Positions 16,746 to 27,947 of a DNA stretch of 32,000 bases are shown here, in pieces. The stretch's first letter is position 1. Every line of letters begins with the position of its first letter. The DNA comes from Zymomonas mobilis subsp. mobilis ATCC 10988. Lineage in GTDB: Bacteria; Pseudomonadota; Alphaproteobacteria; Sphingomonadales; Sphingomonadaceae. A program made the position numbers and the translations under genes. The notes beneath the pieces were generated by a model. It was given only the letters and a program-made list of their open reading frames with translations, was not told the origin of the DNA and did not search any database. The DNA is taken from assembly GCF_000175255.2 (NCBI RefSeq), contig NC_017262.1:1350001-1382000 (forward strand). Reading direction: 5' to 3'.

Positions 16746-17456
16746 TCACATAATCGGAAAATGATTAAGCCGCCTCCGCCTTTCTTTCCAATCGGGCAAA
16801 AAGCGATCCATAAAGGCATAAAAACGGCGATTATGGGAAGCCTCCAACAGATGCACCATCTCATGCACCACAACATATTCAAGACATTCAGGCGGTTTTT
16901 TCACCAATTCGCTATTTAACCAGATACGCCCTGCCCTGACGTTACAACTACCCCACAGGGTTTTCATGGTCTTAACCCGCCAAACAGCGACCTCCACGCC
17001 GATAATTTTTTCCCAACGCGCCGCTAAATCGGGGATAGCCTGCTCTAATTGCGCTCGAAACCACAAGGCTAACCATTTCTCTTTCTTCTCGGCAGAAGGC
17101 GGAATCGCCGTATGCATTTGCAATCGAGAGGGTGACAGCGGCAGAATTTTCGATTGCAACGAACCTGCCACTATTTCCAAATGATATCTCTCACCCCATA
17201 ACCAATAGGCTTCTTCACCGCGATCTTGGGCTTTTATCTCGATTGCTTTTTGGTAGCGTTTTTGACGTTTTTCTATCCATGCCATGCGGCCAGCGAGAAT
17301 ATGACGAAGCGTCGCCTCTTTCATATTTCGGGGTGCCGAAACCACAACCGAACCATCATCAGGGGACAACCGGATATAAAGATTTTTAATCTCTTTCCGC
17401 AGGATATGGATCACAACCCCTGCAAGAATAATATCGCTCGCCGCTTCTTTTGCCAT
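16746..17456 (-). CDS. YgjP-like metal-dependent hydrolase (DUF45 / M48-type HExxH protein)
   Basis: 236 aa with the WGSC motif and the zinc-binding HEMVHLLEASH motif characteristic of DUF45. Confidence 0.75.
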   Translation of the reverse strand: MAKEAASDIILAGVVIHILRKEIKNLYIRLSPDDGSVVVSAPRNMKEATLRHILAGRMAWIEKRQKRYQKAIEIKAQDRGEEAYWLWGERYHLEIVAGSLQSKILPLSPSRLQMHTAIPPSAEKKEKWLALWFRAQLEQAIPDLAARWEKIIGVEVAVWRVKTMKTLWGSCNVRAGRIWLNSELVKKPPECLEYVVVHEMVHLLEASHNRRFYAFMDRFLPDWKERRRRLNHFPIM

Positions 17457-17798
17457 AGGCTCTTATCTAACACTCAAAAAAAATTTCACGCCCATTTCTC
17501 GGTATTTAAGACGCATTATCGAATAATCTTGGAGATAATTTGCGCTTTACCGCCTTTCCATCTCATCACAGCTTTTTTAGAAAGACAGCCGCTCTGGCCT
17601 TAGCCTAGGAAAGAAAAAATATATTTTAGAGTGTAAACAAAATATTGTTATCATTCACCCCCTCCATAACGATAAAAAGAGGATAAACATTCTTTGTGGA
17701 TCGACAGGTCAACTTTCAAAGTCTATGATGCCACCTCATCTTTAATCCCTCTTTATCTGTTATAAAAACGGATCGCTGATACTGAAAGTCCTTGTATA

Positions 17799-19619
17799 AT
17801 GACGAATGAGGCATCTCTCACTCCTATTCCGTTGCCAGCGGAAAAACTGGCACAATTACAGACAGTTACCAATGGCCTGTCGACCGCACAGATAGCGTGG
17901 ATTTCAGGCTATCTCTGGGGCAGAAGCAGCGGCGCTGATACGACGAATCAATCGCTTCCCACTTCTCCAGCCACAGAACAGCCCGTTGAACCGACCGTCA
18001 TCACGATCTTGTCGGCTTCCCAAACAGGGAATGCGCGCAGGATTGCCGAAGAATTGCGCGATGACCTTCTGGCCGCGCATCTCAAGGTCAATCTGATCAA
18101 TACGGGCGATTACAAATTCAAACAGATTGATCGCGAAAAGATCATTCTGATGGTCACGTCAACCCAAGGCGAAGGCGAACCCCCAGAAGAAGCGGTCGCT
18201 TTTTATAAATTCCTGTTTTCGAAAAAAGCCCCGAAACTGACGCATACCGCTTTTGCCGTTTTCGGATTGGGTGACATCACCTACGAACATTTTGCTCAGG
18301 CTGGTAACGACTTCGATCGTCGTTTTGAGGAATTAGGCGGTGAACGCCTATTGCCTCGCGTCGATGCTGATGTCGATTACGAAGAAGCCGCCGAAGCATG
18401 GCGGAAAGAAGTCACCGAACTTCTCGAAAAACGGGTGCCATCGGCCAATTCTGCCCAGATAGCGGCCACAGCCATTAGTCCGGTAGATGAAGTTTCCAGC
18501 ACGCCTTATGACAAAGAAAGCCCGTTAACGGCCACGCTTTCGGTGAACCAGAAAATCACCGGTCGTCATTCGGATAAAGATGTCCGCCATATCGAAATTG
18601 ATCTGGGGGATTCTGGATTACACTATAAACCGGGCGATGCCTTGGGTGTCTGGTATGAAAATGATCCGGCACTTATCCGCGAATCTCTTGATCTTCTCGG
18701 CTTGTCCGGCGAAGAAAGCATCAAGGTCAATGACAAAATCCTGCCCTTGGCACAGGCCTTACAGCAATCTTTCGAACTGACGGTCAACAATACCCGACTG
18801 GTAGAAAGCTACGCGACCTTGACGCAAAACAAGGCTTTGGAAAAAATCATTTCCGATAAAGCCGCGTTACAGGATTATGCCCAGAATACGCCTATTGTCG
18901 ATATGATTAGACAAGCGGGCGGCAAACTGACGGCAGAACAATTTGTCAGCCTTTTGCGCCCCTTAACGCCGCGCTTATATTCGATCGCCTCATCACAGGC
19001 CGAAGTCGAAAACGAAGTGCATCTGACGGTTGGCGTTGTCCGTTATGAAATCGACGGCCATAAACGAGCAGGCGGTGCCTCCAGCTTCTTGGCTGACCGG
19101 CTTGCTGAAAATGGCAATCTTCGGGTTTTTGTCGAACATAATGACAATTTCCGGCTGCCAGATAATCCCGATGCTCCCGTTATCATGATCGGGCCCGGCA
19201 CGGGGATCGCCCCTTTCCGCGCCTTTATGCAACAACGGGATAATGACGGGGCAAAGGGTAAAAACTGGCTCTTCTTCGGCAATCCTCATTTTATCGAAGA
19301 TTTCCTCTATCAGGTCGAATGGCAGGCTTATGTCAAACAGGGCTTATTGACCCATATTGACCTTGCATGGTCACGCGATCAGGCAAAAAAAGTCTATGTG
19401 CAGGATAAACTCCGCGAGAAAGCAGCCGAAATCTGGAAATGGATCAAAGAGGACGGCGCTTATCTCTATGTCTGCGGTGACGCGACACATATGGCAAAAG
19501 ATGTCGATAAAGCCTTGATTGATATCATCCGCCAAGAAGGTGGCATGGATGAAGAAGCCGCCGACGAATTTTTAACCGAGCTGCGCCTAGAGCGCCGTTA
19601 TCAGCGAGATGTCTACTAA
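17799..19619 (+). CDS. cysJ: Sulfite reductase [NADPH] flavoprotein alpha-component
   Basis: 606 aa. Flavodoxin-like FMN domain ([10 protein letters not shown]), FAD/NADPH domain ([18 protein letters not shown]), and the C-terminal YQRDVY. Confidence 0.92.
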   Translation: MTNEASLTPIPLPAEKLAQLQTVTNGLSTAQIAWISGYLWGRSSGADTTNQSLPTSPATEQPVEPTVITILSASQTGNARRIAEELRDDLLAAHLKVNLINTGDYKFKQIDREKIILMVTSTQGEGEPPEEAVAFYKFLFSKKAPKLTHTAFAVFGLGDITYEHFAQAGNDFDRRFEELGGERLLPRVDADVDYEEAAEAWRKEVTELLEKRVPSANSAQIAATAISPVDEVSSTPYDKESPLTATLSVNQKITGRHSDKDVRHIEIDLGDSGLHYKPGDALGVWYENDPALIRESLDLLGLSGEESIKVNDKILPLAQALQQSFELTVNNTRLVESYATLTQNKALEKIISDKAALQDYAQNTPIVDMIRQAGGKLTAEQFVSLLRPLTPRLYSIASSQAEVENEVHLTVGVVRYEIDGHKRAGGASSFLADRLAENGNLRVFVEHNDNFRLPDNPDAPVIMIGPGTGIAPFRAFMQQRDNDGAKGKNWLFFGNPHFIEDFLYQVEWQAYVKQGLLTHIDLAWSRDQAKKVYVQDKLREKAAEIWKWIKEDGAYLYVCGDATHMAKDVDKALIDIIRQEGGMDEEAADEFLTELRLERRYQRDVY

Positions 19620-21331
19620 TGACCCAAAAACATCCCCAGACGCTGGTGGTCGATGCCCCCTTATCCGATGCTGAAAGGCTAAAAAGGGAAAGCAATTTTC
19701 TGCGCGGCACCATTGCCGAAGACCTGAATGATGGCCTGACCGGCGGATTTAACGGCGACAATTCAACCCTGATCCGCTTTCACGGCATGTATCAGCAGGA
19801 TGACCGCGATATCCGCGCCGAACGCGCAGAGGAAAAACTGGAACCGCGCTATGCGATGATGCTGCGCTGCCGTTTGCCGGGGGGCATTATCTCCCCCGAA
19901 CAGTGGTTAAAGATGGACAGCTTTGCCAGCGAAAAAACGCTCTATGGCAGCATCCGCCTAACCAATCGCCAGACATTCCAATTTCATGGTATTTTGAAAA
20001 AAGACCTGAAAACGGTTCATCATCTTTTGCATGACTCCGGTCTGGATTCACTGGCAACGGCCAACGACGTTAACCGGAATGTGCTTTGCACCTCTAATCC
20101 GGTGGAATCGGATCTCCATGCCGAAGCCTATGAATGGGCAAAAAAGATTTCAGAACATTTGCTGCCGCAAACGCATGCTTATGCAGAAATCTGGCTCGAT
20201 CAGGAAAAGCTGGCAACGACAGATCAGGAACCGATCCTGGGCGCGACCTATCTGCCACGGAAATTCAAAACCACCGTCGTTATTCCGCCGCAGAATGATG
20301 TTGATATCTACGCTAATGATCTCAACTTCATCGCTATTTCTGAAAATGACCAATTGGTTGGCTTCAATGTTCTGATTGGCGGCGGCTTGTCGATCACGAT
20401 CGGTGATAAAACCACCCATCCGGGGGTGGCGAAAGACATCGGCTATATCGAGAAAGAGAAAGTCCTCGCCGTTGCAGAAGCGGTGGTGACGACCCAACGC
20501 GATTGGGGCAATCGGAGCAACCGTAAAAATGCCCGCTTGCGTTACACGCTGGAACGGGTCGGCCTTGATGTTTTCAAAGCCGAAGTCGAAAAACGGGCAG
20601 GCGTCACTTTCGAAGCCTCACGCCCCTTCACATTGACGGGGCGTGGTGATCGTTTCGGCTGGGTGAAAGGCATTGATAATCAGTGGCATCTGACGCTGTT
20701 CGTCGAAAATGGTCGCCTATTGGATTATCCTCATCGACCATTGAAAAGCGGCATTGCCGAAATTGCCAAGGTGCATAAAGGCGATTTCCGCCTGACAGCC
20801 AACCAAAATCTGATTGTCGCTGGCGTTTCGGAAGAAGATAAAGATACCATCGAAAAGATCGCCCGCGATCATGGCCTTTTGGAAAATATTTCCGAATTGC
20901 GCAAAAATTCGATGGCCTGCGTTTCTTTCCCGACCTGTCCTTTGGCGATGGCCGAGGCGGAACGTTTCCTGCCGAATTTCTTGACCAAGGTCGAAGCGGT
21001 CATGACGAAATACGATATTGCCGATGAATATATCGTTTTCCGGACAACAGGCTGCCCGAATAATTGTGGCCGCTCGCTTCTGGCTGAAATCGGTTTGGTC
21101 GGAAGAGCAATAGGCCGCTATAATCTTTATATCGGTGGCGATCGGGTCGGCACCCGTATTCCACGCCTCTTCCGCGAAAATATCACCGAAGACGAAATTT
21201 TATCCGAAGTTGATAGCCTGATTGGCCGTTGGGCAAAAGAACGCGATGGCAAAGAAGCCTTTGGCGACTTTGTTGTCCGCGCCGGTATCGTCAAAGCCGT
21301 TACCGATCCTGCTATCGACTTTTATGACTAA
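19619..21331 (+). CDS. cysI: Sulfite reductase [NADPH] hemoprotein beta-component
   Basis: 570 aa with siroheme/4Fe-4S ligand motifs ([19 protein letters not shown]). Its start overlaps the cysJ stop (TAATG). Confidence 0.92.
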   Translation: MTQKHPQTLVVDAPLSDAERLKRESNFLRGTIAEDLNDGLTGGFNGDNSTLIRFHGMYQQDDRDIRAERAEEKLEPRYAMMLRCRLPGGIISPEQWLKMDSFASEKTLYGSIRLTNRQTFQFHGILKKDLKTVHHLLHDSGLDSLATANDVNRNVLCTSNPVESDLHAEAYEWAKKISEHLLPQTHAYAEIWLDQEKLATTDQEPILGATYLPRKFKTTVVIPPQNDVDIYANDLNFIAISENDQLVGFNVLIGGGLSITIGDKTTHPGVAKDIGYIEKEKVLAVAEAVVTTQRDWGNRSNRKNARLRYTLERVGLDVFKAEVEKRAGVTFEASRPFTLTGRGDRFGWVKGIDNQWHLTLFVENGRLLDYPHRPLKSGIAEIAKVHKGDFRLTANQNLIVAGVSEEDKDTIEKIARDHGLLENISELRKNSMACVSFPTCPLAMAEAERFLPNFLTKVEAVMTKYDIADEYIVFRTTGCPNNCGRSLLAEIGLVGRAIGRYNLYIGGDRVGTRIPRLFRENITEDEILSEVDSLIGRWAKERDGKEAFGDFVVRAGIVKAVTDPAIDFYD

Positions 21332-21341
21332 GGAGGCGTTC

Positions 21342-22076
21342 ATGTCTGCGTTTCATCTCGAAACTTTAAAATCCTTCCCCAAAGCCGAACAAGAGGCGGC
21401 TTTGTCCGAAGCCAATCGGCAATTGGAAGAGATGAGCGCAGAAGATCGTCTCAAATGGGCTTTTGACAATCTTTCGGGTCAATTTGTGCTGTCATCCAGC
21501 TTCGGCATTCAGGCAGCTGTGATGCTGCATCTGGTGACCCGAAAGAAAGCCGATATTCCAGTTATCCTTACCGATACCGGCTATCTTTTTCCTGAAACCT
21601 ATCGCTTTATTGATGCCCTGACCGAAAAACTCGATTTGAATCTTCAAGTCTTTCGGGCGGCTTTGTCTCCGGCATGGCAAGAAGCTCGCTATGGTAAATT
21701 ATGGGAACAGGGTGTCGAAGGTATCGAACGGTATAACGACATCAACAAAGTCGAACCCATGAACCGCGCTTTAAAAACCTTGGAAGCTGGAACATGGTTT
21801 GCCGGATTACGGCGCGATCAGTCGAAAAGTCGGTCACATCTACCGATTTTGGCAATCCAGCGCGGGGTTTTCAAATTCCTGCCGATCATCGACTGGGATA
21901 ACCGCAAAATCCACTATTATCTGAAAGAGCACGACCTCCCTTATCACCCGCTTTGGGATGAAGGCTATCTCTCTGTCGGCGACACCCATACAACCCGCAA
22001 ATGGGAAGAGGGGATGAGCGAGGAAGAAACCCGCTTTTTCGGTTTAAAAAGGGAATGTGGGCTACATGAAGGATAA
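21342..22076 (+). CDS. cysH: Phosphoadenosine phosphosulfate (PAPS) reductase
   Basis: [20 protein letters not shown] and the C-terminal ECGLHEG. The ATG at 21342 is preceded by AGGAGG (21331-21336). The track extension overlaps cysI. Confidence 0.92.
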   Translation: MSAFHLETLKSFPKAEQEAALSEANRQLEEMSAEDRLKWAFDNLSGQFVLSSSFGIQAAVMLHLVTRKKADIPVILTDTGYLFPETYRFIDALTEKLDLNLQVFRAALSPAWQEARYGKLWEQGVEGIERYNDINKVEPMNRALKTLEAGTWFAGLRRDQSKSRSHLPILAIQRGVFKFLPIIDWDNRKIHYYLKEHDLPYHPLWDEGYLSVGDTHTTRKWEEGMSEEETRFFGLKRECGLHEG

Positions 22077-22346
22077 GTAAATTGGCCTAACCGCCTTTTA
22101 AAAAATTACCTGAAAAAGACAGCCGGCTTTAAATATTTTAAATGCCGGCCAAAGGCGTTTTACCTAAACTTTAGGGCAGTAAAGAAAAGCTAACTGTCCT
22201 TTCAAAGATAGGGACTGCTAAGTCCTATTCAAAATCAAAGGCTTGCCTCTCTATTTACTTTCAGGCTTCGTTGAATGAACAGGAATAGAGCTGCAATCTG
22301 CGACAAAACTGGATAATAGGTTAGGGGCTCTGTTCCAAAGGTTGTT

Positions 22347-23762
22347 ATGGATTATCTTCCTCTTTTTGCAGATATCAGACAACGTCCGGTTTTAGTCGTT
22401 GGCGGTGGTGAAGTGGCGGCTCGGAAAGTGGCCTTGCTCAAAAAAGCAGGGGCAATCATCAAAATTGTCGCGAAAAATATCCACCCTGAATTACAGATTT
22501 TACAGGAAAGTCACGAAATAGAATGGCTGGCGAAAAGTTTTTCACCGGAACAGCTCGACCACGTCTTTCTAGTGATCGCTGCCACCAATGACAGCCTTTT
22601 AAATCAACAGATTTATCAAGCCGCGGAACAACGCCATCGCTTGGTCAATGTGGTTGATGACCAACAAAAATGCTCTTTTATTTTCCCGTCAATTGTTGAC
22701 CGCGCTCCGATAACTTTGGCGTTATCCTCTGCGGGGACGTCTCCGGTTCTGGTGCGGATGCTCCGTGAAAAGCTGGAAGCCTTATTACCGCAATCTTTGG
22801 GGAAAATGGCCGAAATAGCGGGGAAATGGCGGCCAAGAATCAAAGAAAAATTACCTGCAATCAAAGACCGCCGTCTTTTCTGGGAGAAAGCCTTTAATGG
22901 CCTCTTCGCCCATAAAGTCGCTAGCGGTGATTGGGAAGCCGCTGAAAAAACGCTGGCCGAACAACTGGAAAAAGACAACCCGAAACAAGGCGAAATTATC
23001 CTTGTCGGGGCAGGGCCCGGTGATGCAGGCTTGCTGACATTGCGTGGCTTACAGGCCTTACAACAAGCCGATATTGTGCTCTATGATTATCTGGTTAGTC
23101 CGGCCGTTTTGGAAATGATCCGTCGCGATGCTCAAAAAATCTGTGTCGGGAAACGCGCCGGACATCATTCGGTAGCGCAGGAAGAAACCAACCGCCGCTT
23201 GATTGAATGGGCGCAGCAGGGAAAAAAAGTTGTCCGCCTGAAAGGTGGCGATCCTTTTATTTTCGGGCGCGGCGGGGAAGAGTTACAGGCCGCAAAACAG
23301 GCCGGTATTCCTTTCCAAGTCGTTCCTGGTATCACGGCGGCGTCAGGGGCGGCGGCTTATGCGGGTATTCCGCTTACCCATCGTGATTATTCCCAAAATG
23401 TTGTTTTCATTACTGGCCATTGCCAAAAAGACGGCAACGGACTGGATTGGGCAACTTTGGCGCGCCCCCATCAAACGCTGGTTATCTATATGGGGGTCAT
23501 GAATGCGGGTAAAATCAGCGAAGCCCTGATTAAACATGGCCGGAAAGCCGATACACCGGTGGCGATTATTGCCCATGCAACCCTTCCCAATCAACAAATA
23601 TTAAATGGTCGGCTGGATCAGTTGGAAAGCCTCGCCAAACAGGCCGAAACACCAGCCTTATTAATCATTGGCGAGGTCGGCGGATTACAATCCGATCTTT
23701 CATGGTTTTCTTCAAAAACAGACAAAGAAGACACCAAGTCTTCTCTTATCAATCTGGCTTAA
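22347..23762 (+). CDS. cysG: Siroheme synthase (uroporphyrinogen-III C-methyltransferase / precorrin-2 dehydrogenase / sirohydrochlorin ferrochelatase)
   Basis: 471 aa. N-terminal Rossmann fold ([13 protein letters not shown]) plus a C-terminal SUMT domain ([28 protein letters not shown]). Confidence 0.9.
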   Translation: MDYLPLFADIRQRPVLVVGGGEVAARKVALLKKAGAIIKIVAKNIHPELQILQESHEIEWLAKSFSPEQLDHVFLVIAATNDSLLNQQIYQAAEQRHRLVNVVDDQQKCSFIFPSIVDRAPITLALSSAGTSPVLVRMLREKLEALLPQSLGKMAEIAGKWRPRIKEKLPAIKDRRLFWEKAFNGLFAHKVASGDWEAAEKTLAEQLEKDNPKQGEIILVGAGPGDAGLLTLRGLQALQQADIVLYDYLVSPAVLEMIRRDAQKICVGKRAGHHSVAQEETNRRLIEWAQQGKKVVRLKGGDPFIFGRGGEELQAAKQAGIPFQVVPGITAASGAAAYAGIPLTHRDYSQNVVFITGHCQKDGNGLDWATLARPHQTLVIYMGVMNAGKISEALIKHGRKADTPVAIIAHATLPNQQILNGRLDQLESLAKQAETPALLIIGEVGGLQSDLSWFSSKTDKEDTKSSLINLA

Positions 23763-23772
23763 AGGATTAGTG

Positions 23773-24681
23773 ATGCAGGAAGAACGGCTCACCCATTTAC
23801 GGCAGTTAGAAGCGGAAAGCATCTATATCATCCGCGAAGTCGCCGCCGAATTCGGCAATCCGGTTATGCTGTATTCCATCGGCAAAGACTCTTCTGTCAT
23901 GCTCCATCTGGCGCGAAAAGCCTTTTTCCCGGGGACATTGCCTTTCCCGCTCTTGCATGTTGATACCGGCTGGAAATTCCGCGAAATGTATGAATTCCGC
24001 GACCGGACAGCCAAAGAATACGATTTCAACTTGCTCGTCTATAAAAATCCCGAAGGGGAGGCCTTAGGCATCAATCCCTTCATTCATGGCAGCGCCAAAC
24101 ATACCGACATCATGAAAACCGAAGGCCTCAAACAAGCCTTGGACAAATACGGCTTTGACGCAGCCTTTGGCGGTGCCAGACGGGATGAAGAAAAATCCAG
24201 AGCCAAGGAAAGAATCTACTCTTTCCGCGATAAATTCCACCGCTGGGACCCCAAAAACCAACGCCCCGAATTATGGCACAATTATAATGGTCAGATTAAC
24301 AAGGGTGAATCCATCCGCGTCTTTCCGCTCTCTAATTGGACGGAACTCGACATCTGGCAGTATATTTATCTCGAAAATATCGACATTGTGCCGCTTTATC
24401 TCGCAGCCAAACGCCCGGTTATCGAACGTGACGGCATGTTAATGATGGTCGATGATGACCGCATTGATCTCAAAGAAGGCGAAAAAGTCGAAGAACGGAT
24501 GGTGCGTTTCCGAACATTAGGATGCTGGCCATTAACGGGAGCCGTGGAATCCCAAGCCCAAACGCTTCCCGAAATCATCGAAGAAATGCTGGTTTCAACC
24601 ACCAGTGAACGCCAAGGCCGTGTTATCGACCGCGACCAGTCAGGGTCAATGGAACTGAAAAAACGTCAGGGTTATTTCTAG
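23773..24681 (+). CDS. cysD: Sulfate adenylyltransferase subunit 2
   Basis: 302 aa from the ATG at 23773 ([17 protein letters not shown]...), with the PP-loop SIGKDSSV and the C-terminal [10 protein letters not shown]. The track extension overlaps cysG. Confidence 0.92.
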   Translation: MQEERLTHLRQLEAESIYIIREVAAEFGNPVMLYSIGKDSSVMLHLARKAFFPGTLPFPLLHVDTGWKFREMYEFRDRTAKEYDFNLLVYKNPEGEALGINPFIHGSAKHTDIMKTEGLKQALDKYGFDAAFGGARRDEEKSRAKERIYSFRDKFHRWDPKNQRPELWHNYNGQINKGESIRVFPLSNWTELDIWQYIYLENIDIVPLYLAAKRPVIERDGMLMMVDDDRIDLKEGEKVEERMVRFRTLGCWPLTGAVESQAQTLPEIIEEMLVSTTSERQGRVIDRDQSGSMELKKRQGYF

Positions 24682-24691
24682 GATTCAAGCC

Positions 24692-26122
24692 ATGCAGAAT
24701 AATAGTATTGCCAAACAGATTGCCGAAAAGGGCGGGGTTGAAGCCTATCTGAAAGCCCAGCAATATAAAGGGCTGTTACGTTTCTTGACCTGCGGTAGCG
24801 TCGATGACGGCAAAAGCACGCTTATCGGCCGCTTATTACATGACACTCGCCAGATTTACGAAGACCAGTTATCTTCCTTACATAACGACAGTAAACGGCA
24901 TGGGACACAGGGGGAAAAGCTCGACCTTGCCTTGCTGGTCGACGGCTTACAGGCGGAACGTGAACAAGGCATCACCATTGACGTTGCCTATCGCTATTTC
25001 TCGACTGAAAAGCGGAAATTCATCATCGCCGATACCCCCGGCCATGAACAATATACCCGCAATATGGCAACAGGCGCGTCAACCTGCGACCTCGCGGTTT
25101 TATTAATTGATGCTCGTAAAGGCGTGCTGGCACAAACGCGCCGCCACAGCTTTATTGCCACTTTATTGGGCATTAAACATCTGGTGGTTGCGGTCAATAA
25201 AATGGATCTCGTGGAATATAGCGAGGCCACCTTCCGCCAGATCGAAAAAGACTATCTTGAGTTTGCGGGCAAACTTGTCCCTGATCTTGATATCCGCTTT
25301 GTGCCGCTTTCCGCTTTGGAAGGCGATAATATTGTCAATGAAAGCGCGCATATGTCTTGGTATAAAGGCGCGTCGCTCTTGGAAATATTGGAAACGGTCG
25401 AGGTCGCAAGAGCGGCCGAACAACAACCGATGCGTTTTCCGGTGCAATATGTGAACCGGCCTCATCTGGATTTTCGGGGTTATGCCGGAACCGTTGCATC
25501 CGGTATTGTCCGCGTAGGCGAAGGTATCAAGGTTTTACCCTCCGGCGTTGAATCAACCATTGCCCGCATTGTTACCTTTGACGGGGACTTGACCGAGGCC
25601 GTTGCCAGCGAAGCTGTAACCCTCGTTTTGGAAGACGAAATTGATATCAGCCGTGGCGATCTGATCGTCGACAGCCGCGAAACAATGCAAGCGGTTCAAT
25701 CGGCACAATGCAATGTCGTCTGGATGGCTGAAAAGCCTCTCACCGTCGGACAAAGCTACGATATCAAGATTGCGGGCAAAAAAAGCCGCGCGCGCATTAC
25801 CCAAATTCATTATCAATTCGACATCAATAACCTGACCCAACAACCGGCAACAGAATTGCCGTTAAACGGGATTGGTCTTGTTGATCTCTTATTTGACGAA
25901 CCGCTTCTGCTCGATCGCTATCAAGATAATCCGGTAACCGGCGGACTGATCTTTATCGACCGTCTCAGCAATGTTACGGTCGGTGCCGGATTGGTAGAAA
26001 CACTGATCGAAGACCAGACGACAACGCCCAGTGAATACAGCGCTTTTGAACTGGAATTAAACGCCCTTATCCGTCGCCACTTCCCTCATTGGGAAGCCCG
26101 CGACCTCCTCGCTGGACGCTAA
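24692..26122 (+). CDS. cysN: Sulfate adenylyltransferase subunit 1 (GTPase)
   Basis: 476 aa with GTP-binding motifs [17 protein letters not shown] and NKMD. Confidence 0.92.
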   Translation: MQNNSIAKQIAEKGGVEAYLKAQQYKGLLRFLTCGSVDDGKSTLIGRLLHDTRQIYEDQLSSLHNDSKRHGTQGEKLDLALLVDGLQAEREQGITIDVAYRYFSTEKRKFIIADTPGHEQYTRNMATGASTCDLAVLLIDARKGVLAQTRRHSFIATLLGIKHLVVAVNKMDLVEYSEATFRQIEKDYLEFAGKLVPDLDIRFVPLSALEGDNIVNESAHMSWYKGASLLEILETVEVARAAEQQPMRFPVQYVNRPHLDFRGYAGTVASGIVRVGEGIKVLPSGVESTIARIVTFDGDLTEAVASEAVTLVLEDEIDISRGDLIVDSRETMQAVQSAQCNVVWMAEKPLTVGQSYDIKIAGKKSRARITQIHYQFDINNLTQQPATELPLNGIGLVDLLFDEPLLLDRYQDNPVTGGLIFIDRLSNVTVGAGLVETLIEDQTTTPSEYSAFELELNALIRRHFPHWEARDLLAGR

Positions 26123-26134
26123 GGGGGGGACATT

Positions 26135-26767
26135 ATGACTGAACCGTCCTCCCGTGATAACAAGCCCGTCGATAATGATAATATCGTCTGGCATCATCAT
26201 CCGGTAACGCAAGCCAGTCGCGAGGCATTGCACCATCATAAAGGGCTCGTCTTGTGGTTTACCGGCCTTTCGGGGTCGGGCAAATCAACCGTTGCCGGAG
26301 CCTTGGAGCAAGTGCTTCATAGCCGGAATGTCAGCAGCTATTTACTAGATGGTGACAATATCCGGCATGGCCTGTGCCGCGACCTCGGTTTTTCTGATGC
26401 CGATCGCAAAGAAAATATCCGACGCGTCGGCGAAGTCGCGAAATTGATGGCGGATGCCGGTCTCGTGGTGCTGACTGCTTTTATCTCGCCTCACAAGGCC
26501 GAACGCCAAATGGTGCGGGATATGATGGGCAAAGACCGCTTTATCGAGATTTTTGTCGATACGCCCTTGGCTATTTGCGAAGCGCGCGATCCCAAAGGTC
26601 TTTATAAAAAGGCGCGGGCAGGGGAGCTGAAAAATTTCACCGGTATTGATTCCGTCTATGAAGCGCCGGAACATCCTGAAATTCACCTCAACGGACAAGA
26701 TTCCTTAACAGCGCTTACCGCGCAATTACTGGAAGCCTTGGAACCCTATCTTAAAATCACCTTATAA
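26135..26767 (+). CDS. cysC: Adenylyl-sulfate (APS) kinase
   Basis: 210 aa with the P-loop GLSGSGKST and the FISP motif. It is the last gene of the cysDNC unit. Confidence 0.92.
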   Translation: MTEPSSRDNKPVDNDNIVWHHHPVTQASREALHHHKGLVLWFTGLSGSGKSTVAGALEQVLHSRNVSSYLLDGDNIRHGLCRDLGFSDADRKENIRRVGEVAKLMADAGLVVLTAFISPHKAERQMVRDMMGKDRFIEIFVDTPLAICEARDPKGLYKKARAGELKNFTGIDSVYEAPEHPEIHLNGQDSLTALTAQLLEALEPYLKITL

Positions 26768-26774
26768 AATCCCA

Positions 26775-26806
26775 AGCCTTCCCGCCTTAAACGGGAAGGC
26801 TTTTTT
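26775..26806. terminator. Bidirectional rho-independent terminator between convergent cysC and the aminotransferase gene
   Basis: 10-bp GC-rich stem agccttcccg (26775-26784) / cgggaaggct (26792-26801), followed by T6 on the plus strand. There is a shorter T-run on the minus strand. Confidence 0.8.
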
Positions 26807-26810
26807 CCTA

Positions 26811-27926
26811 TTAAGCCCCGAAAATCCGATTAAGCGCCGTGATAATACGGCTAACCTCTTCATCACGCCCCAAAGACAAGCGGATCCAGTCATTCAAAGG
26901 CGGGAAAGGCCGCGCCACAACAATACCCGATTGATAGAATTTCTCTCGTACTTCAGAAAACGGAATCGGCGTTTTAAAAAACACAAAATTGGATTCACTT
27001 TCTGTATGGGTTAGCTTTAACTTATCCAAAGCAGCGGTCAGCCTTACTCTATTTTTCACAGTATAGTCATGGATAAACAACCGCCTTTTTTGATCGGATA
27101 ATGCCGCTCTCGCGGCGGCAACCGTCAAACGACCCAAATCATGGGGATCACCTAAACCCGCTTCCCGCAAGGAAGCCGCCAAGGCCTTCGGTGCCAAAAG
27201 ATAGCCTATCGGCATACCGGCCAAACCATAAATTTTATCCAAAGTCCGAAAAACAGCGACATTGGCACCCTTCTGGGTAAAACTGGCCGCGGTTTGGGCA
27301 AAACGGGCATATTCAAGATAGGCCTCATCGACAATAATCAATGTCTTTTGCGAGGCTCTCGCCAAAAATTCACTAAAATCGGTATGATGATTGACGGTTC
27401 CGCTGGGATTATGGGGATTAACCAGATAGACCGCTTTGGTTTCCGCTGTAATCGCCTTCTCCAAGGCAGGCAGGTCATTCTGCAACGCCTTATTCAAGGC
27501 TATGCCAATACCCTTCAAACCAGCAGGTTTTCCGGCATCGACGAGGGCAGTATAGCCCGGAACAGAATAGACAATATTCCCCTGATCGGGCTTTATTCCG
27601 GCTAAGAACAGACCAAGGCTACCCAACACTTCACCCAAAATAATCTGATCGGGATCAATATTCTCCAGGCTAGCAATCTGGTTGACCAATTTTTGCGCCG
27701 CCGCTGGTTCGCTATAACGCCCAATCTGATCTAGCTCAGCCTCAATCGCCTGCTTCACCAAGGGCGATGGCGGGAAAGGATTCTCGTTCAAATTGGCATA
27801 GACCAAATTCTTCGAGGCCTCTTTACCGGAATTTTTACCCAAGACTTGGGTTGCCATCGGTAAAAAAGCAGTCAGAGCAGAAAGCGAAAGAAATTGCCGT
27901 TTATTGATGCTGGACAAAGGCTTCAT
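26811..27926 (-). CDS. Class I/II (HisC-like) PLP-dependent aminotransferase with an N-terminal signal-like sequence
   Basis: Motifs NENPFPPSP, NPHNPSG and DEAY, plus the PLP-lysine context TLDKIYGLAGMPIGY. The N-terminus MKPLSSINKRQFLSLSALTAFLPMATQVLG looks like a Tat/Sec signal (KR in place of RR). Confidence 0.75.
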   Translation of the reverse strand: MKPLSSINKRQFLSLSALTAFLPMATQVLGKNSGKEASKNLVYANLNENPFPPSPLVKQAIEAELDQIGRYSEPAAAQKLVNQIASLENIDPDQIILGEVLGSLGLFLAGIKPDQGNIVYSVPGYTALVDAGKPAGLKGIGIALNKALQNDLPALEKAITAETKAVYLVNPHNPSGTVNHHTDFSEFLARASQKTLIIVDEAYLEYARFAQTAASFTQKGANVAVFRTLDKIYGLAGMPIGYLLAPKALAASLREAGLGDPHDLGRLTVAAARAALSDQKRRLFIHDYTVKNRVRLTAALDKLKLTHTESESNFVFFKTPIPFSEVREKFYQSGIVVARPFPPLNDWIRLSLGRDEEVSRIITALNRIFGA

Positions 27927-27947
27927 CCTGATAAAGCTCTGATAAAA

